IMG/VR virus record: IMGVR_UViG_3300009008_003296
Location: 1 to 64,000 of that record
DNA: 64,000 nt
Source: a virus
Direction: 5' to 3' (one strand)
Part shown: positions 28,728 to 38,372 of the stretch, one piece after another
Layout of the letters: each line of letters begins with the position of its first letter
Numbering within the stretch: position 1 is the stretch's first letter
The notes under the pieces: generated by a model
Seen by the model: only the letters and a program-made list of their open reading frames with translations
Database searches by the model: none
What the model was told of the DNA's origin: nothing
Translations under genes and position numbers: made by a program

Positions 28728-31129
28728 TTACAGAAGATATTAATTTTACCCCTCGATCACAAAAGTTGCTTCAGGCAACAAAGCGTATTGCGCTAGCTTT
28801 TCGGCATGATGAGATTTTGTTGCCCCATTTATTCGCTGCTTTTTTTGACCTTAAACAAGCTAAGTCTCTTAGTATTGCAATTGATCTTGGGCTTGATTTA
28901 GATCAATTACGACATGTTTTGTATAATGAAATATTATCTACGCTTCCCAATCATAAGGTTGAACCTGTTGAGATAAAGCTCTCTCCCCTTATAGTATCTA
29001 TTTTAAAACAGTCTACCGAAATAGCATCTGAATTTGGCCATCCTTGGGTAAGCGTGGATCACATTTTTTTATCTATTTTAGATAATTTCGAGAAATGGCC
29101 CTCTAAGCTTCATGCTTTATTTTCTTTTAACACTACAGAGCTTTTTACGGAGATCGTTACTTATCTTTCAGACGCTCAGCTTCCTACAGCCCCCTCTTCT
29201 ACAGGGGCGCCATCGCCCTTTACAGAAGGGAAATCAGACTTTAAAGTCTTAGAAAAATATGCTAATAATTTAACCGAAAAAACACTTCAAGGTAAAACTG
29301 ATCCCGTTTTCGGCAGAGAGGAAGAAACCGCAAAGGTGGAAGATATTTTAAATCGCCGTAAAAAAAATAGCGTTATCTTGTTGGGAGAGGCAGGTGTTGG
29401 AAAAACTTCTATTGTTGAGGGTTTAGTTCAGCGCATTGTGAGCGGTGAAGCACCTTTGTTTTTGCAAAATAAAATTATTTTTAGTTTAGATTTAAATACT
29501 ATTGTAGCTGGAACTAAATACCGAGGAGAGTTTGAGGATCGTTTGAATAAAATTATAGAAGAGGCCAAGCATTCAAATGTGATTTTATTTATCGACGAGA
29601 TTCATACTCTTATTGGGGCCGGAGACGCTGAAGGGTCTTTAGATGCTGCCAATATCCTTAAACCTGCTCTGTCTAGTGGAGACATTACAGTAATCGGGGC
29701 CACTACTTACACCGAATATCGTAAAAAACTTTTCAAAGACAAAGCCCTGCACCGTCGCTTTGACCAAGTCATAGTCGAAGAACCAACCAAAGAGGAAACT
29801 TTAAAGATTTTAGACCAAAAAAAGAAAATTTACGAATCTTTTCACTATGTTTCAATCACTTCTGAGATATTGCAGGATATAGTTAACTATGCGGAGGAGT
29901 TTTTACCACAGAGCCAGTTCCCCGACAAGGCTATTGATTTACTTGATCTTATATGCAGCCATGTTAAGATAAAAAAAATTAAAAAACCACGATCCCTACG
30001 AGACCTTGAGGCGAAGTTTATTTCCAATCTGACAGAAAACAAAAATTCTGAAGAAGAACAGAATATGCTTTTTGAAAAGATTAAGTCTGATGCCGCCAAA
30101 TGGAGCGACCAACTATCTCATAAAAGGTACAAGGTTTCAAAACGCGATCTTTTTGAAATACTTTCCCGCAAAACAGGTATTCCAGCTCACGATTTTGGAC
30201 AATCTGTGTCTCAAAAATATATCGGTCTTGAAAATCAGCTTAAAAAACTGGTAGTTGGACAGCCAGAAGCTATTAGCTCTATTTCACGTTGTCTTTTACG
30301 ACATAAAAGCGGGCTTCGAGACACCGCGCGCCCCATTGGTAACCTAATGTTTCTTGGCCCTACCGGCGTTGGCAAAACCTATGTTGCAAAATGTCTGGCC
30401 AAATATTTTTTTAAAAATAAAAATAATTTTATTCACCTTGACATGTCTGAGTTTTCTGAAAGTGCTAGTGTGTCTAAGCTGATAGGCTCTAGTCCCGGGT
30501 ATGTGGGCTTTGACCAAGGGGGCGTTTTAGTAGAAAAAATTTCTCAGAACCCAAATTCAGTGGTTCTTTTTGATGAGATAGAAAAAGCTCACCCCAAAGT
30601 GCACCAAATTTTACTTCAAATCCTCGAGGAGGGGCGCCTTCACGATTCACAAGGAAGAGACGCCAACTTTCGAAATAGCATCATTATTATTACTGGTAAT
30701 ATTGGCTCTCAGAAACTTATGCAAAAAGAATCTCTTGGTTTTGCAGATTCTACCGCGCAAAGCCGCGTAAGTGACGCTCGCCAAGAGCTTAAAAAAGTTT
30801 TGCCTCTTGAACTTATCAATCGATTTGATGATATTATCTTTTTCAAAGACCTGTCTGATTCCAGCCTGAAGGCTATTGTTCGCCACGAACTTCAACATCT
30901 TGTGGAGAACGCCACCAAAAGTGGCATTAATTTAGACTTTGATTCGAATATTGAGGATTTTATTGTAAATGATATTGGGGATTCGTCTTTTGGCGCTCGC
31001 CTCATCAAGAGAGTAGTTCAAAATAAGATTACCGACAAACTTTCTTTAAAATTTATTAAAAACCCTCACATAAAAAACTATTCGGTCCGCTATAATAAAA
31101 AGCAGGACAAAATTGATGTAAAATTTTGA
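28724..31129 (+). CDS. ClpA/ClpC-type AAA+ ATPase
   Basis: Clp-N repeats, GEAGVGKT, IDEIH, PDKAIDL, GPTGVGKT, PGYVG, FDEIEKAH and an LGF loop. Confidence 0.92.
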   Translation: MITEDINFTPRSQKLLQATKRIALAFRHDEILLPHLFAAFFDLKQAKSLSIAIDLGLDLDQLRHVLYNEILSTLPNHKVEPVEIKLSPLIVSILKQSTEIASEFGHPWVSVDHIFLSILDNFEKWPSKLHALFSFNTTELFTEIVTYLSDAQLPTAPSSTGAPSPFTEGKSDFKVLEKYANNLTEKTLQGKTDPVFGREEETAKVEDILNRRKKNSVILLGEAGVGKTSIVEGLVQRIVSGEAPLFLQNKIIFSLDLNTIVAGTKYRGEFEDRLNKIIEEAKHSNVILFIDEIHTLIGAGDAEGSLDAANILKPALSSGDITVIGATTYTEYRKKLFKDKALHRRFDQVIVEEPTKEETLKILDQKKKIYESFHYVSITSEILQDIVNYAEEFLPQSQFPDKAIDLLDLICSHVKIKKIKKPRSLRDLEAKFISNLTENKNSEEEQNMLFEKIKSDAAKWSDQLSHKRYKVSKRDLFEILSRKTGIPAHDFGQSVSQKYIGLENQLKKLVVGQPEAISSISRCLLRHKSGLRDTARPIGNLMFLGPTGVGKTYVAKCLAKYFFKNKNNFIHLDMSEFSESASVSKLIGSSPGYVGFDQGGVLVEKISQNPNSVVLFDEIEKAHPKVHQILLQILEEGRLHDSQGRDANFRNSIIIITGNIGSQKLMQKESLGFADSTAQSRVSDARQELKKVLPLELINRFDDIIFFKDLSDSSLKAIVRHELQHLVENATKSGINLDFDSNIEDFIVNDIGDSSFGARLIKRVVQNKITDKLSLKFIKNPHIKNYSVRYNKKQDKIDVKF

Positions 31130-31154
31130 TTTAGAGTGTATAATATTATTAATT

Positions 31155-31352
31155 ATGGAAGCTCTAAAAGGCAAAAAGACTTATTTTACCGCTGGCGCAG
31201 CGGTTTTGACGGCTCTCGGCGCATATTTCGCTGGAGAGGTCGATCTGACGGTTACAATACAGGCCGTTTTCGCAGCATTGATGGTAGTATTTTTACGCCA
31301 AGGGGTTACATCTGAGGCCAAAAAGGGCGCTGAAGCACCCAAGGAAGGTTAA
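31155..31352 (+). CDS. Small two-TM membrane protein (holin-like)
   Basis: LKGKKTY followed by two hydrophobic segments and a charged tail. Confidence 0.5.
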   Translation: MEALKGKKTYFTAGAAVLTALGAYFAGEVDLTVTIQAVFAALMVVFLRQGVTSEAKKGAEAPKEG

Positions 31353-31354
31353 TT

Positions 31355-31603
31355 ATGTCTGCAGGAACAAGTGGTAATTCACCTTCTGGACCCGAGGCCA
31401 CAGGTCCGGTTGATAGTCCAGACGCAACAGGCCCAGATTCAGGTTCTTGTGTAGGAGATGGCAGTGGCTCTACTGGTCCGGCTCCTGACGCAACAGGCCC
31501 AGATTCAAGCGGTGCAGCCGGAGAAACTAGTGGCCCTATCATAAGTGACGATAGAGATGCGGCAGCTGCGGCACCACGCCCCCTCCCTAGTCATAGACAT
31601 TAA
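31355..31603 (+). CDS. Ser/Gly/Pro/Thr-rich protein with (E/D)ATGP repeats
   Basis: Contains EATGP, DATGP x2 and STGP; packed in the operon. Confidence 0.7.
   Translation: MSAGTSGNSPSGPEATGPVDSPDATGPDSGSCVGDGSGSTGPAPDATGPDSSGAAGETSGPIISDDRDAAAAAPRPLPSHRH
31421..31507 (+). repeat. 21-nt direct repeat gacgcaacaggcccagattca (31421-31441, 31487-31507)
   Basis: Exact match; encodes DATGPDS. Confidence 0.9.
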
Positions 31604-31605
31604 TC

Positions 31606-31851
31606 ATGGCAGCTAACACTACACCATGTCAAGTTAACAGTGCGACAACTATTGCTGACCCGGGCTCTAATACCGATGGTTTTGGAGTCGTCACAAAAAG
31701 AAATATTTATATTGTCGCTGCTACCGCTAATTTTACAGCTAACGGTGTGGCTTGTGTACCCGGAAACGTTAATTTTTCCAATAATCCCTTTTTGGTGACA
31801 GGGGCTGTTAGCGGGGCTACAGTTGGTACTATTTGGTATTACATTCAGTAA
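31606..31851 (+). CDS. Hypothetical small beta-rich protein
   Basis: ORF in the operon. Confidence 0.6.
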   Translation: MAANTTPCQVNSATTIADPGSNTDGFGVVTKRNIYIVAATANFTANGVACVPGNVNFSNNPFLVTGAVSGATVGTIWYYIQ

Positions 31852-32054
31852 TGCCACTGCCAACAAAGCGAACTGACGAACCTCGCGATAAGTTTATATC
31901 TCGTTGTATGAGTGACGAGATGATGAACGCGGAATTCAAGGACCCCAAGCAGCGCGCGGCTGTTTGTAATAGTCAATTTGAGCGTCGTAAAAAAAGTAAA
32001 GGTACAGCTAGTTGGGATGATGTGCGCCAAGGAGATATTCTAGGTATTATATAA
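31851..32054 (+). CDS. Small conserved-looking phage protein (MPLP...FISRCM...QRAAVC)
   Basis: TAATG start; the motif is familiar from small phage head-region proteins. Confidence 0.65.
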   Translation: MPLPTKRTDEPRDKFISRCMSDEMMNAEFKDPKQRAAVCNSQFERRKKSKGTASWDDVRQGDILGII

Positions 32055-32095
32055 TTTTTACTTGACATTCTTTCTTTTCTCTATACTATTTTTAT

Positions 32096-32494
32096 ATGAG
32101 TTCGAACTTAAGTACTGAAGCGACCGGACCCGCATCTTCTAGCGGGAACGTAGGAACAGGCACAGTCGGGGAACTGAAGACTGATTTTGCAAACTTGCTA
32201 ATCAATCGAGTGACCTTGGGCGAGTGTCTAAATGTTATTCGTGATGCGTGCGTAGCTCGCGCAGGTGAGCTTGTGGATAGCGCCGATGAACCCACCCTAG
32301 AAAACATCAAAAAAGATGTAGCTGCTTTCCATGAAGCTGGCTCTGCTGGTGAAGCTGGCTCTTCCGTGGGAGATGGTAGTGATTACCAGAGCCCTGATGC
32401 TACTGGCCCTAGTGATGCTACTGGCCCTAGTGATGCTACTGGCCCTGCAGGAGACGGATCTTCTGGCAATGTAGGTGGTCCCACCGGCCCTTAA
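32096..32494 (+). CDS. Protein with helical core flanked by (E/D)ATGP repeats
   Basis: EATGP, DATGP x3 and a C-terminal PTGP. Confidence 0.75.
   Translation: MSSNLSTEATGPASSSGNVGTGTVGELKTDFANLLINRVTLGECLNVIRDACVARAGELVDSADEPTLENIKKDVAAFHEAGSAGEAGSSVGDGSDYQSPDATGPSDATGPSDATGPAGDGSSGNVGGPTGP
32395..32446 (+). repeat. 18-nt tandem repeat tgatgctactggccctag (about 3 copies)
   Basis: Read directly. Confidence 0.92.
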
Positions 32495-32527
32495 CCTGTT
32501 TTTGTATAAAAAATTTGTTTTCATTTT

Positions 32528-32553
32528 AGCCACACTTTTAGTGTGGCTTTTTT
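32528..32553 (+). terminator. Intrinsic terminator
   Basis: AGCCACACT-TTT-AGTGTGGCT followed by a T tract. Confidence 0.85.
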
Positions 32554-32590
32554 GTTGAATAAGGTGTGCTTTATACTATAATCTGACACA

Positions 32591-33184
32591 ATGAATGTAG
32601 CTATTTATAAGCCCAACGCAAAGAAAACCGGCAACGCTTTTAACTTTCAAATATCCACCAAAAAAGACGTTACTTTTTATGTGAACGCTATCCAGCAACA
32701 TAGTTGGAACGACAAGACAAAGACTGGTTCATTTGTTCAGAACAGAGAAGATCCTGATAAAAATATTAGCTTTAAGCTAAACGAGTTTGAGCTTGGTGAA
32801 ATGCTGTCAGCCTTTGAAGGGCGTTATTCATGGAATGCGTTTCATTCTTTTAACGATAACAAAACCATCATCAAGCTTGCGCCATGGGATAAGAAACGTA
32901 CTGTTAAAAACAAGGATGGCGACGACTCTTTTGTGGTTCCGGCCTTTGGCTTTTCAGTGACACGAAACGGGAATCAAACTTTTAGATTACCGCTAGAGCC
33001 CGGAGAAGTAGAGGCTATCAAGCGATTAATCTATAAATATTTTGATGTTTTGTTTCAAAATAGAGAGTTTTCTAGCTCGGATAACACCGCTGACGGCCAT
33101 CGCCCATCCCCCAAGAAAACCTCTGCCCCCAAGCCTAAAAAGCCACCAGTAGAGGAAGAAGAGGATGATGATGCTCCGTTTTAA
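32591..33184 (+). CDS. Putative ssDNA-binding protein (Whirly/PC4-like) with SSB-type acidic tip
   Basis: IYK...FKLNEFELGEM pattern and C-terminal EEEEDDDAPF. Confidence 0.55.
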   Translation: MNVAIYKPNAKKTGNAFNFQISTKKDVTFYVNAIQQHSWNDKTKTGSFVQNREDPDKNISFKLNEFELGEMLSAFEGRYSWNAFHSFNDNKTIIKLAPWDKKRTVKNKDGDDSFVVPAFGFSVTRNGNQTFRLPLEPGEVEAIKRLIYKYFDVLFQNREFSSSDNTADGHRPSPKKTSAPKPKKPPVEEEEDDDAPF

Positions 33185-33196
33185 GTGTAAATTACA

Positions 33197-34477
33197 ATGC
33201 CCAACTTAAGGGAATACATGGAAGAAGAAAATAAAAAAAACATGAGCAACCTAGAAAATTTACCAGATGGTGTAGACGAGCTTTCGCCCTCTCCCCAAGA
33301 AGAGTTTATAGACGAGGCCACAGACGAGGCCACAGACGAGGCCAGCTTTGAGGCTGAGGCGTTTTCAGATGATGACCTAGGGGTAGATATCCCTGATATT
33401 CCGCTGCCCTCAGAAGGGCCTCCAGAGGCTAATATAGAGGATAAGTTTGATTCAGCTTATAAATTTGCAGTCGTAGGGGTGGGTCAAGGAGGCTCTCGGT
33501 TAGCAGAGACATTCTGGAAGCTAGGATATAGGCGTGTAGCGGTTATCAATACCGCTGCCCAAGACCTAAAATCAATCAAGGTTCCTCGAGAAAATAAGCT
33601 TCTAATAGGGGGAGAAGGGGCCGGAAAAGATCGTAAGGTAGCTGAAGATATTTTTCAAGAGAACCGGGAAGATATCCTTGATTTTTTAAAGCGTACTTTC
33701 AAAGGTGGGTTCGATAGAGCTTTGGTGTGCATTGGTGCAGGTGGCGGAACGGGAGCCGGGGGAGGTCCTGTTGCAGTAGAAATAGTGCATGATCTTTGCC
33801 AAAGCTATAACATAGAATCCTCTGATGCTGATGCTCGCGTAGGTGCTGTAGTAGCTCTTCCTACTCGAGCAGAGGGCTCGCGCGTACAACAAAACGCCAA
33901 ACAAACAGCAGACATACTAATCAAACAGTCTCAAGCGGGCACTTTATCCCCCCTTGTCATTTTAGATAACGAGCGTATCAAACAAATTTATCCTAAATTG
34001 TCAGTCAATCAGTTTTGGAGTACCGCTAATACAAGTATCTGCTCTTTATTTCATTTATTTAATAAAATAGCATGCCAAGATTCCCAATATACAGCTTTTG
34101 ACAAAGCAGACTTGGATACTATTTTTTCATCAGGCATTATCTCTTTTGGGGCAGTCCCTGTTTCAAAAGGGGACGACGGTATAGAGGAAACCGATATCAG
34201 TTATGCAGTTCGTGACAACCTTAAGAAGAATATTCTGGCGAACATTGAAGTATCCACAGGAGATGTAGCCGCATGCGTTGTAATCGGAGATCGCAAGACC
34301 CTCGACAATACGGCGCAGGAGAGCCTAGAACATGGCTTTGAGCAGCTTAGTCGTCTTTTGGGGTCTGGTTCGACAGTCCACCGCGGCATTTACCATACTC
34401 CTAAAAAGGGGCTTGTGGTTTACACTATTATAGGAGGTATTAAAGCCCCTGAACAGTTGTTTGATTATTCCAAATAA
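33197..34477 (+). CDS. Tubulin/FtsZ-family GTPase with long acidic N-terminus
   Basis: GVGQGGSRL, INTA..DL, GAGKD, GAGGGTGAG, LP...E, LDNE and FD.ADL. Confidence 0.88.
   Translation: MPNLREYMEEENKKNMSNLENLPDGVDELSPSPQEEFIDEATDEATDEASFEAEAFSDDDLGVDIPDIPLPSEGPPEANIEDKFDSAYKFAVVGVGQGGSRLAETFWKLGYRRVAVINTAAQDLKSIKVPRENKLLIGGEGAGKDRKVAEDIFQENREDILDFLKRTFKGGFDRALVCIGAGGGTGAGGGPVAVEIVHDLCQSYNIESSDADARVGAVVALPTRAEGSRVQQNAKQTADILIKQSQAGTLSPLVILDNERIKQIYPKLSVNQFWSTANTSICSLFHLFNKIACQDSQYTAFDKADLDTIFSSGIISFGAVPVSKGDDGIEETDISYAVRDNLKKNILANIEVSTGDVAACVVIGDRKTLDNTAQESLEHGFEQLSRLLGSGSTVHRGIYHTPKKGLVVYTIIGGIKAPEQLFDYSK
33310..33344 (+). repeat. 12-nt tandem repeat agacgaggccac (about 3 copies; DEAT-DEAT-DEAS)
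   Basis: Read directly. Confidence 0.9.
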
Positions 34478-34497
34478 TTATATATCGTTCCATTTAA

Positions 34498-34533
34498 GCG
34501 CACCTACAAGTTGAATTGTGGGTGTGTTTTTTT
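34498..34533 (+). terminator. Intrinsic terminator overlapping a TTGAAT-N16-TATAAT promoter
   Basis: GCGCACCTACAA/TTGTGGGTGTGT stem (with G-U pairs) plus a T tract; -35 at 34511, -10 at 34533-34538. Confidence 0.7.
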
Positions 34534-34549
34534 ATAATCCCTAACTTTT

Positions 34550-36463
34550 ATGGCTGAAAGAAAAAAGAAAATCCTGATTCACAGCAACCACTGCAAGGCG
34601 TTTACAGGGTTTGGCAAACACAAGAAAAATCTTTTAAAGTATTTGCACCGTACTGGCAAATATGAAATAGTAGAGGCTTCTAATGCGAAGCATAAAGACC
34701 AAGTCTCCAATATGCCTTGGAAAGCTATTGGCACCCTTCCTTCTAACCAAAAACTTTTAATGGAGATTGGCAAAGACCCGAATAGGCAGCGCAACGCAGG
34801 TTACGGGCACGAATTAATTAATGAAATAATTGAGGAAGAGAAACCTGATGTTTATTTAGGCATAGAGGATATTTGGGCCTTTAGTGGATTTACTTCGCGT
34901 CCATGGTGGAACAAAATGCATTGCATGATTCATACCACTTTAGACAGCGTCCCTCTTTTGCCCGAATCTATCCAAGCTGCACCTAAAATAAAACATTATT
35001 TTGTATGGGCGTCATTTGCCCAGCGCGAACTCGAGAGGGTAGGGCATAAGCACATCAAAACAGTGAGAGGCTCTCTTGAGACTAATCATTTTTTTAAAAT
35101 AGACGACAAGGAGCGCGAGCGCCTAAGGGAGGATCATGGGCTTTCTAAAAATTTTGTGATTGGCTTTGTGTTCAGAAACCAGCTTCGAAAAAGCGTTCCC
35201 AATCTCCTAGAAGGCTTTAAAACATTTAAAGCAGCCCATCCAGAATCTAGTCCTAAACTTTTACTACACACCCATTGGGCCGAAGGATGGGACATACCTA
35301 CCTTAATCAAAGAAAAGCAATTAGATAAAGACGATATTGTTACCACTTATATATGCGGCAAATGTCATCAGTATTTTGTGCGCAGCCATAACGGCCAAGC
35401 ACAAGACTGTGCTGGATGCAACACAAAAGGTTCCCTGCATACAACCAATATTAAAGTCGGTGTTTCAGAAAAACAGTTGAATGAGGTCTATAATTTAATG
35501 GACGTTTATTGCCACCCTTTTACTAGCGGAGGGCAAGAAATCCCTATCCAAGAAGCGAAGTTATCAGAGTTGATTACTTTGGTCACTAATTACTCTTGCG
35601 GAGAAGACTGCTGTACCCCTGATAGCGGGGGATTTCCTTTGGAGTGGGCCGAATATCGGGAGCCCGGCACCCAATTTATTAAAGCTTCCACTTCTGCTCG
35701 TTCTATTTTTGAGCAACTTGTTCGAGTTTATAAAATGAGCCCCGCAGAGCGCGCAGCCAAAGGGAAAGAGGCTCGACAATTTGTAATTGATAATTACTCT
35801 ATTGAGGTAGTAGGTAAATTTTTTGAAGACTTGTTCGACGAGTTGCCCCTGATAGACTGGAGCGAAATTGACTTGCAAGCCGTGAAGCTTGAAAAAAGAA
35901 ACCCAGACTATCAGCCTCCGGAGGAACCCAACAATTCAAAATGGCTTTTAGGCCTTTATAAAAACATGCTGCGCATGGATATAGACGAAACAGATAATGG
36001 TTACAAGTATTGGATGAACGAATTTGTTAAAGGTAAAGCTAGAGCCGACATTTTAAATTTCTTTGTCCAAACAGCTAAAAAAGAAAACGCCGATCTTTTT
36101 AAAAAATCTTTAAAAGAAGAGATAGATTCTAGTCGCCCCAATAAAAGAATTGCCTATGTGATGCCGGACCACGAGGAAGATGTCTTTATGAGCTTAAGTG
36201 TTATTAAGTCCCTCAAACAACTTTACCCGGATCATGACATATATTTCTTCACTCAAAGAAAACATTTTCCGTTAGTGGACGAAAGCACTGATGTCTATAA
36301 GCTGTGTGAGTTTTATAACGAAATGGATGATTGTTTATATTTTGAAGGAAAGGCAGATGAAAAGGGTTTGTTTGATATGGCTTTTCTGCCTTGGCTTGAA
36401 ACTAAACGAGCTTTAAATTATACCCGCCATGGTCGAGACAAGCTTCAATTTGACTTAGCATGA
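34550..36463 (+). CDS. GT4-like glycosyltransferase with CxxC..CxxC insertion and extra C-terminal domains
   Basis: TGFG, RNQLRK.VP.L, YNLMDVYCHPFTSGG.EIP.QEA and CGKC...CAGC. Confidence 0.75.
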   Translation: MAERKKKILIHSNHCKAFTGFGKHKKNLLKYLHRTGKYEIVEASNAKHKDQVSNMPWKAIGTLPSNQKLLMEIGKDPNRQRNAGYGHELINEIIEEEKPDVYLGIEDIWAFSGFTSRPWWNKMHCMIHTTLDSVPLLPESIQAAPKIKHYFVWASFAQRELERVGHKHIKTVRGSLETNHFFKIDDKERERLREDHGLSKNFVIGFVFRNQLRKSVPNLLEGFKTFKAAHPESSPKLLLHTHWAEGWDIPTLIKEKQLDKDDIVTTYICGKCHQYFVRSHNGQAQDCAGCNTKGSLHTTNIKVGVSEKQLNEVYNLMDVYCHPFTSGGQEIPIQEAKLSELITLVTNYSCGEDCCTPDSGGFPLEWAEYREPGTQFIKASTSARSIFEQLVRVYKMSPAERAAKGKEARQFVIDNYSIEVVGKFFEDLFDELPLIDWSEIDLQAVKLEKRNPDYQPPEEPNNSKWLLGLYKNMLRMDIDETDNGYKYWMNEFVKGKARADILNFFVQTAKKENADLFKKSLKEEIDSSRPNKRIAYVMPDHEEDVFMSLSVIKSLKQLYPDHDIYFFTQRKHFPLVDESTDVYKLCEFYNEMDDCLYFEGKADEKGLFDMAFLPWLETKRALNYTRHGRDKLQFDLA

Positions 36464-37614
36464 ATGTTCTAGAAAAATACAGTATAAATTGTGGCGTAAA
36501 AATATCCCACCCGGCTGCCGCTTCGTCGTATTTTCCTCTTCGGGACGAAGAATATATTATATTGGATTTACGCAATAAATACCCCAGCAACATTTATGAG
36601 GTTTTTCCTGACGTGTTAGCCTATATTAATAGCAGCCTTAAAAAGGCTAATATCAAAATATACGCTTTCAATAATTCAGAAAGTGAAATTGTTGCCGGAA
36701 CCCAACCTTTTATTAGTCTGACAAAAAAACAAGAGGCTTATCTTATTAAAAATTCTCTTTTGGTCGTTTCAGGAGATAATCTTTCAGCTCACTATGCGGC
36801 GGCTTTTGGGGTTCCTAGTTTGGGACTTTATTCCGCTTACCCTGCTGCCTGTACAGCCCCTCTTTGGGGCAAGTCTCATTCTTCATTAGAGAGCGACCGG
36901 TGCGGCAACCTTCCTTCTTACGGTATAGAAGAAAATCCTAAAACTATTAATTTTATTAAGCCAGAAAAGATTGCTGCTTTGATTTTAGAAAAACTTAAAA
37001 TTGACCACCCCATCGCCGACGAAACTATTTACATAGGGGATCATTATCCAATTAAAGTAGTTGAAGTTATCCCGGACCATATTTCGCCTCCTGATTTTTT
37101 ACAAGGTAGAGCAATCAACTTGCGTGCCGATTATCATTTTGACGAAGAACGTATTGTACACTGGCTTCAAGGAAGAACAGTTAACCTGTTAGTAGATCGA
37201 CCTATTAATTTAAATTTATTAAAATATTTTAAACAAAACATTGTTCAACTTACAGTTAACATTAATGATTCTTTTTCAGAAGAGTACCTAAAATCAGTGG
37301 TGGCTCTAGGAATTAAATCAGAGATTTTTTGCGAAGATAAAGCGAGGTTAAGTGATTTTAGGTTTAACTTATTTGATTTTGATATAGAAGAGAGTATTTT
37401 TAAGTCTAAAAAAGACCTTGATGAGTCTTTAAATAAATTTAACAAAAACACAAAGTTCTTGTCTGGCAAAATTTTACTTAGTGACGGACAAAGGTACTCA
37501 TGCCTTGAGGCAAAAAAACAAAAAAATGTCTTGACAGGAGAGCCCGAAGTAGTGTATGATACAGAAGACTTTTGGAAAGAATTAGATCACTACAGACTCT
37601 TTAACAATATATGA
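36460..37614 (+). CDS. Divergent GT9 (heptosyltransferase)-like protein
   Basis: LIKNSLLVVSGDNLSAHYAAAFGVPSLGLY matches the GT9 signature region. Confidence 0.55.
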   Translation: MNVLEKYSINCGVKISHPAAASSYFPLRDEEYIILDLRNKYPSNIYEVFPDVLAYINSSLKKANIKIYAFNNSESEIVAGTQPFISLTKKQEAYLIKNSLLVVSGDNLSAHYAAAFGVPSLGLYSAYPAACTAPLWGKSHSSLESDRCGNLPSYGIEENPKTINFIKPEKIAALILEKLKIDHPIADETIYIGDHYPIKVVEVIPDHISPPDFLQGRAINLRADYHFDEERIVHWLQGRTVNLLVDRPINLNLLKYFKQNIVQLTVNINDSFSEEYLKSVVALGIKSEIFCEDKARLSDFRFNLFDFDIEESIFKSKKDLDESLNKFNKNTKFLSGKILLSDGQRYSCLEAKKQKNVLTGEPEVVYDTEDFWKELDHYRLFNNI

Positions 37615-38372
37615 CATACAAGCGAAACGAAGATGGGCTTCTTGAAGGGGTAGACTATACATTCAACGACGACAGTTCAGTGGACTGGCGCGCCATGATT
37701 GACCCAAAGCATCTTTACCCAAATAAAGGGTGGTTTGAATCGCGTGGAGAACCAATGCCTCGTTCCTCAGAAGGGTTAGCTGATCACCAATTACTTATCA
37801 AACTGTCAGGTATTAAAGAACTAGCTAAGTTGCGAGGGTTTGATGGAGTTCGTTATGAAGTTATTAAATGCGAGAAAGATCATGTCGCAGTGAAGTGTCG
37901 CATACATTGGATACCAAATTTTGAGTCAGGCATGTATTACTCCCTTAAAGAGGGGGACGAGGATTATTTTAATAGTCGAGTAGCATTTGAGGACATTGCA
38001 AACGCAACAACCGAAAATACTAGTAGCTTTGCTCAAAAATTTCTAGAAACTATAGCGGCTAATCGCGCTTTCGTGCGCTGTGTTCGCAATTTTTTAAATG
38101 TTCATATTGTAGGGGCCGACGAGATAGACAGCTCTCAAAGTAATACTGTCCCTCCTGCGACCCAAGAGCCTAAGCGACCAGACAAGCTGTCCCCTATTAA
38201 CTTATTGATGGAAAAAGTAGATCTTGGAGAGGAAGATTTTTCTACCTTTAAAGATATTTTACGAGGTCTATGGAAAAATAAACAATATCAAAACGAAAAA
38301 GTTGCCGACTGGGAAAGTTGGGATGACATTCCTAAGCGCGAAGTAGTTAAAATCTTAGGGATCATAGACTAA
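37611..38372 (+). CDS. Putative Rad52/Sak-like single-strand annealing protein
   Basis: IKLSGIKELA and FEDIANA...TIAANRAFVRCVR...DEI. Confidence 0.5.
   Translation: MTYKRNEDGLLEGVDYTFNDDSSVDWRAMIDPKHLYPNKGWFESRGEPMPRSSEGLADHQLLIKLSGIKELAKLRGFDGVRYEVIKCEKDHVAVKCRIHWIPNFESGMYYSLKEGDEDYFNSRVAFEDIANATTENTSSFAQKFLETIAANRAFVRCVRNFLNVHIVGADEIDSSQSNTVPPATQEPKRPDKLSPINLLMEKVDLGEEDFSTFKDILRGLWKNKQYQNEKVADWESWDDIPKREVVKILGIID

Noticed and set aside
32395-32446. Short repeats (also 31421-31507, 33310-33344, 58273-58362) as a CRISPR array, with the Cas4-like gene as a cas gene
   Set aside because: The repeats are in-frame coding repeats without an array of unique spacers. There is no cas1/cas2, and solo Cas4-like nucleases are ordinary phage replication genes.
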